This document shows positions 47,169-55,191 of a stretch of 64,000 nt of DNA, in pieces. The notes below the pieces were generated by a model, which searched no databases, was not told the origin of the DNA, and saw nothing but the letters and a program-made list of their open reading frames with translations. A program made the position numbers and the translations under genes. The DNA is from Escherichia coli (lineage in GTDB: Bacteria > Pseudomonadota > Gammaproteobacteria > Enterobacterales > Enterobacteriaceae). The stretch lies in NCBI RefSeq assembly GCF_013122565.1, contig NZ_CP053258.1; one strand, 5' to 3'. The number at the start of each line of letters is the position of its first letter. Position 1 is the first letter of the stretch.

Positions 47169-48029
47169 TTATTCTCGCGAAATACCATCCAACGTAGACA
47201 ACACTTCCTCAGAAAGATGCAATTTTTCAGCAGCCATATTCTCCCGTAAATGCGCAACAGAAGACGTCCCTGGGATCAGCAAAATATTCGGTGAACGTTG
47301 TAACAGCCACGCCAGCGCCACCTGCATTGGTGTTGCACCCAGGCTCGCAGCAACATCGGAAAGCGTGGAGGATTGCAGCGGCGTAAAGCCCCCGAGCGGG
47401 AAGAACGGCACGTAGGCAATGCCATCGCGGGCCAAAGCATCAATCATTGCATCATCCGCACGATGAGCAATGTTGTATTCGTTTTGCACACAGACGATTT
47501 CGGTAATCTTACGCGCCTCTGCAACCTGCGTCGGTGTAACGTTGCTCAGACCAATATGTTTCACCAGGCCTTGTTGTTGCATCTCTGCCAGCACTGTCAG
47601 GCTGGCTTCAATCGAGCCTTCCGCTGGGCCATGACCATCCCCCATCATAATGCGCAAGTTAACCACATCCAGTACGTCCAGCCCGAGATTACGTAGATTA
47701 TCGTGCACCGCTTTTTGCAGCTCTGCCGGAGAAAAGGCAGGCAACCAGGATGCGTCCTCTCCACGCCGCGCACCAATTTTAGTGACAATTGTCAGGTCGT
47801 CAGAGTAAGGATAAAGCGCTTCGCGGATAATCTGATTGGTGACGTGCGGACCATAAAAGTCGCTGGTATCAATGTGATTGACGCCCAATGCCAGCGCCTC
47901 ACGCAGCACGGTAATAGCGACGTGGCGATCTCTTGGGGGGCCAAAAACCCCAGGACCTGCCAGTTGCATCGCGCCATAACCGAGACGGTTAACGGATTTT
48001 GTACCGAGAGTAAATGTATTGCTGCTCAT
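47169..48029 (-). CDS. pdxI: Aldo/keto reductase YdbC (pyridoxine 4-dehydrogenase PdxI)
   Basis: 286-aa ORF with the aldo-keto reductase fold (LGYGAMQLAG near the N-terminus, IPGTSSVAHLREN near the C-terminus). Confidence 0.85.
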   Translation of the reverse strand: MSSNTFTLGTKSVNRLGYGAMQLAGPGVFGPPRDRHVAITVLREALALGVNHIDTSDFYGPHVTNQIIREALYPYSDDLTIVTKIGARRGEDASWLPAFSPAELQKAVHDNLRNLGLDVLDVVNLRIMMGDGHGPAEGSIEASLTVLAEMQQQGLVKHIGLSNVTPTQVAEARKITEIVCVQNEYNIAHRADDAMIDALARDGIAYVPFFPLGGFTPLQSSTLSDVAASLGATPMQVALAWLLQRSPNILLIPGTSSVAHLRENMAAEKLHLSEEVLSTLDGISRE

Positions 48030-48188
48030 CGCACCCTGCCCTGTAATAAAACGGATTAAGAAAAATCAGTATAGAAACGAAAAGAGATAAATAATGCGAA
48101 GGTGTAAACAAGATTGCTTGATGAGTTGCTCTGTTATCCTGAAAGACACCAAAACAAAACGCGTAAAGCGCCGCATCCGGCAATAAAA

Positions 48189-48218
48189 AAACCGCAACCT
48201 GTATCAGCGTTGCGGTTT
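48189..48218 (-). terminator. Rho-independent terminator downstream of ydbA, next to a REP-like sequence
   Basis: aaaccgcaac / gttgcggttt stem preceded on the plus strand by aaaaaa (a U-run for the minus-strand transcript); REP-like gcgccgcatccggca at about 48165..48180. Confidence 0.6.
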
Positions 48219-48237
48219 AGGGATCACATGCTAAAAA

Positions 48238-51200
48238 TTAGAACGTTTTCTTGAAGTTCAGCATCACGCCTTTGTCGCTGATGCCGTCCTCTTTCCAGTT
48301 GTACGCATCCAGGTTCAGTGAGCTTTCTTTGCTGCTGTACTTCACGCCGACGCTTGCCAGGCTGTTGATGCCGCCACCCTTCTGACCGTCATCGACGTTA
48401 AAGTGCTGACTGCCTGCGCCTGCCAGGCTTGCCGTGCGCTGGCTCTTCGCGTAGCTCAGATTCGGCCCGCCTTCCAGCGTGGCGCTAGCGCTCCAGCCGT
48501 CTTTACCTGCGTAATCCAGTTTCAACCCGACGATGCTGTCCACCGCCGTTTCGCTGCCACTGTTCATATTCAGGTTAAAGTCTCCGGCATTGCGCTCCTG
48601 ATAGCCACCTTCCAGTGTGTGACGCAGTTTAACACCCGCATATGGCGTAACCTTCAGTCCTTCGCTCGGTTCGAAAGTCTTCGCCCCTTCGCTGCGGAAC
48701 TCCAGGTACTGCTGCTTCACGTCGGTATCAGCCGTTTTGTTTGTGTTGCTAAATGCAATCGAACGGCTGCTGTCAAGGTTGTGAACGTCATAACGCAATG
48801 CGTTATTCCAGTTCATGCCGTTGTCGAAGGACATCTGATGTTTCAGGCCAAAGAACTGGCTGTAGCCGCCGGTTACGCCGTTGTCGCCCGCTTTCTGCGC
48901 ACCATCGCCATCCAGACGCGCAATACCGTATTCCAGGCTCATGCTCTGGCTTTCGCTCAGGTCGATGGTTTTACGCAATGCCAGCATGTCGTACTCGGTA
49001 TTATTACCTAACTCGGCACGCGGATCGCCTTTCGCCACCACGTTGAACGCCAGACCATTGCCCACTTTCGGCGCGGCATCCGCCAGCATACTAAAGCGGT
49101 TGCTTAACACGCGCGCTTCACGGAACACCGTGGTCGCCAGGCTACCGCTGACCTGTTTCAGGGCGCTGTTCAGTTCGGCGGTGGTGCCAACGTTCAGGCT
49201 GGTATACAGCTCGTTGTTGGTGTAACCCGCATCCAGTGCCTTCGCGACGTCATTTACCGAAGCATCGGTTGCGACATCGGTGTAGGCATTTTTGCTCATG
49301 GTAACGTCAACGTTACCGTTGGCATCGGTGCTGCCTTTGGCGTTCCATACGACCGTAGAGGAAACGATGTTGTCCACACCGCTGATGTTTTCGCCTTTGA
49401 ATACATCGTTAACGACAACGGTGGTATCCGCTGTTCCTGCACTAAACCCGGCATTAACACTCACGTTGTCGCCAATCACCAGGTTATTCGCGCTGAGCGT
49501 ACCGGAACTCCCGTCGCTATTGGTACCGATGGTATAGTTGCTCAGCAGTTGCGGCGCATTTGAATCAGCAGGCGGGGTTGGAACATCACCTTGTGACGGC
49601 GTAGTTGATGCGTCTGGTACGGTGATATCCACAGTACCGTTGTGGTCGTTTTGTGTACCCGTTGTTCCAGGAGCATAAATATCGCATCCGGTATCACACA
49701 GCAGGTTAATTTCACCGTTGTTAATGATGGCTTTCGTTTGCCCACCAAACGCCCAGGAATTATCGGCATAGACATTAATCACACCCGTTTGCGTGTTATT
49801 AATTGTTGTTTCCCGACCATTGCCTTTAATACCAATTAAACCTTCGCCATTGGTTCCATCCTGTTGCCCCTGCTCAGTACCCACATTAATGGTGCCACTG
49901 TTCACCAACTGAACAACATAACTGGTTGTGCCGCCACTGATGCCCACCGCATTATCGCCCTGAACATTAATAACGCCAGCGTTAGCAAAGTTATAACCTC
50001 GTCCTAAATCAACCAACGGAGCCGCAGGGTTAATACCATTGATTACCCCTGTTTCTGTGTTCCAGATCCATTTACCTTTACTGTTCGAGCCAGTACTTTC
50101 GGTTTTGATCGCGCTGTAGCCATTTGTAGCCGTAATGGTTCCACGGTTAACCTGAGATACAGAATCCCCGGTTCTGGTTACATGAATAATCGCGTTTTCA
50201 CCGCCCGTTACCGCATTACCACTATTCGTCAGGGTCGCACCCGCTTCGTTGAAGAACAGGAAACTCCCGTTGATGAGTGATTGCCCATCTTCGGTCACCG
50301 TCATTTCACCGGTATTCACTACGTTCTGTTGATAGCTGTTGCCGGTAATTGAACCGCTGAACTCACCTTCGTTAAAGAAGGAAACCGCACCATTCAACGT
50401 AAGGAGATCTGTTGTCATGCTCCCGGTTTCACGGTTATAGATCGTGGTTTTGCTGTTAATACTGTCAACATCCAGGGTCCCACTATTCTCCAACCCTTGA
50501 GTGACACTCAGTTCGCCATTGATGGTCAGACTGGCATCAGGTTGGTTATATAACCAGCCGTTTGCATCAACATTGCCATTAAGCGTTTCATCTCCGTAGT
50601 TTGCCAGGTTATTAACAACGACAAAACCGTCGGTAGTTGTGGTTTTGCTGATGCTCTCCCCGCTACCAGACAACTCGCTAAGAACATCTTTGTCATCCGG
50701 CGTCACCCCCATATGGGAATCACTTTCATCCATTGGATTACCGAAAAGAGTAATTTTTCCGTAGTTGAGAATGGTACCGGTGCTATCTTTATAAAACGCC
50801 TGACCAATATCAGTATTAATATTAATCACACCATCCTGGTCATTAATGGCCAGACCACCTTGAATTGCCCCCATCGCGAACAACTGGTTATCTTGCTGCT
50901 TCGTCACACCCTCATCGGCGGTGAGATTGATCGTTCCCTGGTTGACAACGGTCCCGCCGCTCATCGCCAGCATACCAAAACCTTCGTTATTAACATTGAT
51001 GGTTCCGGTATTTAACCCACTGGCATCGCCATTTCCGATATCGGTTGACCCTACAACAACGCCACCGGACATAAGATAAGGATGGGGTGGTTGCCAGTAG
51101 GATTTACTAATGATATTGCCATCTTCATCAAGTTCGGGAACAAAACCATCGACATTGATTTCCCCGGCATTTGTCGCCGTGCCTTTAGATGCTGCAGCAG

Positions 51201-54200
51201 CATAGTTTCCCGCGCCTTGCAAATTAATGGTGGCGTCAGATTCATTCACTGTGATGCCGTAATCACTGGCCCACAGCCCGTAGTTGACACCGAAATACCA
51301 TTTCAGGGGGGATTCAGACATCCCGCCTGCGTATGCAGGTGTCGTTACAGAGATCAGATTAATAACCCCACCCGACGCATTCGTAACCTGAGAATTCTGG
51401 CCACGAGCACGCATTGTCCCCCCCCTGGAGAATTCCTCACCGCTAGGTTTGACATTAATAATTCCACTATTAGTGATATGTGCACCATTGTTAGCCGTCA
51501 TTAAATCCTGGCTATCCATTGTGTTAATCACACCTTTGTTTTCAACGCTGGACTGACTGCCAATAGCAGAAATAAGCGCACGTTCAAAGAAGAAAAAGTC
51601 GGTTTCCCTGGCTTTACTGGATATATCCGTTACAGCGTTTTCATCAAATATAACTTTTCCACCGTCCGCCACCGAGACCAACGTAAAGGCACCCAATTCC
51701 TGACGGGTATCCATTGTCGAATGACCACTAATGTTAACGGTATTGTCACCAATAACCGATACGCCATCTATAACATGTGCGGCGCTATCACCACTAATAT
51801 TAATACCGCCATCAATATTAACGGTATTCTTCTCGCCAGAAACAATTATGCCACTCACTAAATTTTCCTGGTGTAGCAGCTCCCCTTGTACGGTGATATC
51901 AACATGGCCACTAATATCTACAGTGTTATTTTTACCACTAATCGTTCCACCTGTTAATGCTGTGATTTGTGCATCAGGGTTATCGCCGAGGATGGAATTA
52001 ACATTGATGCTTCCGTCAACGCTAATATGGCTGTCATTACCCGTCAGACTGAAACCTGTAGCACCCGGCGCATTGCCCTCGCTGTCTGGTTGCTGGAATA
52101 CGTTAATATCGCCGCTTAATTGAACCTGTTCACGGTCACCCGCAATGGATACCCCAGTTCCGTACCGTGAAACATCAATTTCGCCCACGTTACCGAAAAC
52201 TTCATCATCACCATCAATCAGAATCCCCACAGAACCGGAATCCGTGACAACAATTTTGCCTTTATTACTTAACTGCGAGTTATTACCGGCAATATCAATA
52301 CCCGTTGCCCCTCCGCTGACGTAGAGGTCACCTTCCTGGCTAATTGTTGCATTGTGACCGGCAACTTTTGTCCCTACTGCATTCGCACCGTCAACCGTCA
52401 TATCCCCGGCGATATTCATCTCATTGCCATCGCCAGTGATGGTTATACCTGTGGCATTTTCACCCAAAATATTAAGATCATAGGTTGCCAGGGTTATACT
52501 ATTGTTGTCGCCGATAATCTCCATGCCAGTCGTATCGTCTTTAACCAGCATTGAGCCAGCAAGAGAAATACTGCTGCTGTCCCCGGTGATTTTTACACCA
52601 GTACCGCTATTTGTTGTGGTGATGTCTCCCACATTGACAAAGGTAGTATTATCACCATTGATTAACACGCCGTAGGGGTTTCCGTCACTGTCCGCCTGAC
52701 CTACATTGATATCACCAATGTTCATAAAGGTTGTTTGATCGCCATCCAGCAATACACCGATGGAAGTATCATCCACCACAGTAACATTACCCTTATTACT
52801 GACGAGAGTACCTTTACCCTCGGCGTCAATACCGTGTGCGCCACCGCTGACGTATAAATCACCCTGTTGCCTTACAATGGCATCTTCGCCGATAATTTTT
52901 GATCCCGTTGAATTTGCACCATCGACGGTCATGTCGCCTTTGATTTCAATGCGGGCATCATCCCCTGTAATCACACTCCCCGTGCCACCATTCGTGATTT
53001 CGACATCACCAACGGTGTTCAACGTAGTACGATCGCCATTGACAATAACGGCCGTACCACCATCGACATCTGTCTCACCATTATTAGTAATGGTGATATC
53101 GTCACCGGTAAGAATACCTACCACCGAACCTTCACCAATCGCGGTAGTTTGACCGTCGTTGTTCAGGGTGATGTCGTTACCGTCAACGTTTATCACAACG
53201 CCGCCATTCAGCGCGATGTTGCCGCCATGGTCGGTAATAGTGGCATCGTTAATATGGAAATGTTCGCCAGTTGTACCGTCTGCGGTGGTGAGTGACTCTA
53301 TGATTATTTCGATTTTTCCCGCTTCGTCATAGCGCCAGGTGGAGGTTCCGCTCGGATTGACGCCATTGAACGAAGCAGTGTTAGCCGCCTCGTCGACTAA
53401 CCAATCCTTTACGATTGTGGTAGTGCCGCCAGGTCCGGTAAGCGTATAGCTGCCATCGTCATTTTTGGTGTAGGTAAAGGTGGTATCACGTAATTTTAGG
53501 GTCTTCGCGTCCTGATCCCAGGTGACATCGTTTTTATAGACCACTGGATCGTGTTTAACTGGCGTGTCATCGCCACCGTCATCCGGGGTGTCATCGCCGC
53601 CATCATCTGGCGGGACGGGGGTGTCGCCGCCATCATCCGGCGGGACTGGTGTGTCGCCGCCATCATCCGGCGGGACTGGTGTATCACCGCCATCATCCGG
53701 CGGGACTGGTGTGTCGCCGCCATCATCCGGCGGGACTGGTGTGTCACCGCCATCATCCGGCGGGACAGGTGTATCACTGCCATCGTCTGGCGGGACTGGC
53801 GTGTCGCCGCCATCATCCGGCGGGATGGGTGTATCACCGCCATCATCCGGCGGGACGGGTGTATCACCGCCATCATCCGGCGGGACTGGCGTGTCGCCGC
53901 CATCATCCGGCGGGACGGGTGTATCACCACCATCATCCGGCGGGACTGGCGTGTCGCCGCCATCATCCGGCACCGGAGACGAATCGTCATGATGATTATT
54001 ATTATCGTGGAGTGCATATACTGCGACACCTGTGACTGCCGCTGCCAGCCCCACTGCAGCCCAGGGTAATAACTCATTATCTTCAACTGATTTACACTCT
54101 GCCGGCAGCTTTTCTAGCTGTTCTTTACTTAGTGATTTAATATTGGCCGGGCAGCTAATCTTGCTGGATTTACGAGATTCATCCGATGTTTCCGCTATCG

Positions 54201-54273
54201 ACGTATCTGCCGCCCATGTCTGGCTGCTTAACGCCATTGCAACACAGACACTGAGCAATTTTTTCCTTTGCAT
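48238..54273 (-). CDS. ydbA: YdbA, giant type Va autotransporter (AIDA-like), intact 2011-aa reading frame
   Basis: Single 6036-nt ORF: signal peptide, Pro/Asp/Gly decapeptide repeat stalk, very long Gly/Thr/Asn-rich beta-helical passenger with pervasive internal repeats, and a C-terminal beta-barrel translocator ending MLNFKKTF. Confidence 0.9.
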   Translation of the reverse strand: MQRKKLLSVCVAMALSSQTWAADTSIAETSDESRKSSKISCPANIKSLSKEQLEKLPAECKSVEDNELLPWAAVGLAAAVTGVAVYALHDNNNHHDDSSPVPDDGGDTPVPPDDGGDTPVPPDDGGDTPVPPDDGGDTPVPPDDGGDTPIPPDDGGDTPVPPDDGSDTPVPPDDGGDTPVPPDDGGDTPVPPDDGGDTPVPPDDGGDTPVPPDDGGDTPVPPDDGGDDTPDDGGDDTPVKHDPVVYKNDVTWDQDAKTLKLRDTTFTYTKNDDGSYTLTGPGGTTTIVKDWLVDEAANTASFNGVNPSGTSTWRYDEAGKIEIIIESLTTADGTTGEHFHINDATITDHGGNIALNGGVVINVDGNDITLNNDGQTTAIGEGSVVGILTGDDITITNNGETDVDGGTAVIVNGDRTTLNTVGDVEITNGGTGSVITGDDARIEIKGDMTVDGANSTGSKIIGEDAIVRQQGDLYVSGGAHGIDAEGKGTLVSNKGNVTVVDDTSIGVLLDGDQTTFMNIGDINVGQADSDGNPYGVLINGDNTTFVNVGDITTTNSGTGVKITGDSSSISLAGSMLVKDDTTGMEIIGDNNSITLATYDLNILGENATGITITGDGNEMNIAGDMTVDGANAVGTKVAGHNATISQEGDLYVSGGATGIDIAGNNSQLSNKGKIVVTDSGSVGILIDGDDEVFGNVGEIDVSRYGTGVSIAGDREQVQLSGDINVFQQPDSEGNAPGATGFSLTGNDSHISVDGSINVNSILGDNPDAQITALTGGTISGKNNTVDISGHVDITVQGELLHQENLVSGIIVSGEKNTVNIDGGINISGDSAAHVIDGVSVIGDNTVNISGHSTMDTRQELGAFTLVSVADGGKVIFDENAVTDISSKARETDFFFFERALISAIGSQSSVENKGVINTMDSQDLMTANNGAHITNSGIINVKPSGEEFSRGGTMRARGQNSQVTNASGGVINLISVTTPAYAGGMSESPLKWYFGVNYGLWASDYGITVNESDATINLQGAGNYAAAASKGTATNAGEINVDGFVPELDEDGNIISKSYWQPPHPYLMSGGVVVGSTDIGNGDASGLNTGTINVNNEGFGMLAMSGGTVVNQGTINLTADEGVTKQQDNQLFAMGAIQGGLAINDQDGVININTDIGQAFYKDSTGTILNYGKITLFGNPMDESDSHMGVTPDDKDVLSELSGSGESISKTTTTDGFVVVNNLANYGDETLNGNVDANGWLYNQPDASLTINGELSVTQGLENSGTLDVDSINSKTTIYNRETGSMTTDLLTLNGAVSFFNEGEFSGSITGNSYQQNVVNTGEMTVTEDGQSLINGSFLFFNEAGATLTNSGNAVTGGENAIIHVTRTGDSVSQVNRGTITATNGYSAIKTESTGSNSKGKWIWNTETGVINGINPAAPLVDLGRGYNFANAGVINVQGDNAVGISGGTTSYVVQLVNSGTINVGTEQGQQDGTNGEGLIGIKGNGRETTINNTQTGVINVYADNSWAFGGQTKAIINNGEINLLCDTGCDIYAPGTTGTQNDHNGTVDITVPDASTTPSQGDVPTPPADSNAPQLLSNYTIGTNSDGSSGTLSANNLVIGDNVSVNAGFSAGTADTTVVVNDVFKGENISGVDNIVSSTVVWNAKGSTDANGNVDVTMSKNAYTDVATDASVNDVAKALDAGYTNNELYTSLNVGTTAELNSALKQVSGSLATTVFREARVLSNRFSMLADAAPKVGNGLAFNVVAKGDPRAELGNNTEYDMLALRKTIDLSESQSMSLEYGIARLDGDGAQKAGDNGVTGGYSQFFGLKHQMSFDNGMNWNNALRYDVHNLDSSRSIAFSNTNKTADTDVKQQYLEFRSEGAKTFEPSEGLKVTPYAGVKLRHTLEGGYQERNAGDFNLNMNSGSETAVDSIVGLKLDYAGKDGWSASATLEGGPNLSYAKSQRTASLAGAGSQHFNVDDGQKGGGINSLASVGVKYSSKESSLNLDAYNWKEDGISDKGVMLNFKKTF
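53565..53975 (-). repeat. About 13 to 14 near-identical 30-bp tandem repeats inside ydbA, encoding PVPPDDGGDT units
   Basis: Directly visible periodicity: (ggtgtcgccgccatcatccggcgggactgg)n with only a few substitutions; in-frame units (PVPPDDGGDT, PIPPDDGGDT, PVPPDDGSDT) at about residues 100 to 240. Confidence 0.9.
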
Positions 54274-54674
54274 ATGAAATTCCTCATAAATAGATGCTTA
54301 CGCAGCCCAGATAAACTGCACAGGGTTAAATAGTTAAAAATATTCGAAATCTGGATATTGTTTTTAACAGAATAAATATATTGATTTAGTGAATGTATTT
54401 ATTCATTAAGTCAATATATCTTTTCTTTAATTTATATTTTTAACGCATTTATTTCAACTTAAAATATGGCGTAATTGAGATTAAATCCGATAACACCGAT
54501 GAATTAAATAATGCAATTAATTCATGAAATAAATAAATTATCATGTGAATGAAGCATTCATCATCGGCATCTATATGAAATTAAATGAAAAATAATTCTC
54601 TATAGCATTGCAGTTAATATTGAATATTTCAGGAGGTACAACCAGGCAGATTTTTCTCGACGAATACCGACTTA

Positions 54675-55001
54675 TTATTTTTGCAACCACATTCCGTTTA
54701 TCCCGCGAATGTATTCTCCCGGCTTAGCTTTTGCTACCAGTTTCTGCCCCGCCAATTTTTCCACTTCCGCAACCGGCAGATTATTTTTCATGGCGAGTTG
54801 TTGATAGCTCTTATTACGCGATTCATTAATCCTTTTGACTAACATCTGTGTTTCGGTATCCGCCTTTAATGCAACCAGATAACCATTATACGTTTCGCCA
54901 ACACGCCCCTGAGTTCGAGCGTCATCCAGCGTCAGAGCCATCGCACTGGTGCTAAATAAGGCATTAATGACAAAACACAGTATTAAACTTCTCTTCATCA
55001 T
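54675..55001 (-). CDS. ydbL: Periplasmic protein YdbL (DUF1318)
   Basis: ORF 54675..55079 trimmed to the MMKRSLILCFVINALFSTSAMA start (108 aa) with a signal peptide; third gene of ydbH-ynbE-ydbL. Confidence 0.8.
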   Translation of the reverse strand: MMKRSLILCFVINALFSTSAMALTLDDARTQGRVGETYNGYLVALKADTETQMLVKRINESRNKSYQQLAMKNNLPVAEVEKLAGQKLVAKAKPGEYIRGINGMWLQK

Positions 55002-55005
55002 CGCC

Positions 55006-55191
55006 TCAGAAAAGATCGCTACGAGTTTCAAGCAGCTCTTCGACATCTTTGTCTGCCTTGATGATGATCTCATGCTCAATTTTAACGTTCATATTGATAG
55101 TGATCGGTTCCTTAGGTGCAGCGACTTCAATGCGAGGCGTACAGCCAACCAGCATAAAAGATGACGTCAACGCAGCCAGTAAAATTTTCAT
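55006..55191 (-). CDS. ynbE: Small lipoprotein YnbE (61 aa)
   Basis: MKILLAALTSSFMLVGCTPRIEV... with a lipobox (LVGC); its start overlaps the ydbH stop by 4 nt. Confidence 0.8.
   Translation of the reverse strand: MKILLAALTSSFMLVGCTPRIEVAAPKEPITINMNVKIEHEIIIKADKDVEELLETRSDLF

Noticed and set aside
53496-54086. Several ORFs of 128 to 196 aa on both strands with extreme repeat composition (for example SGGTGVSPPSSGG... or RRMMAATRQSR...)
   Set aside because: They are alternative-frame and antisense readings of the 30-bp tandem repeat inside ydbA; the periodicity keeps every frame open. This is not a CRISPR array (no unique spacers, and the real frame is coding) and they are not separate genes.
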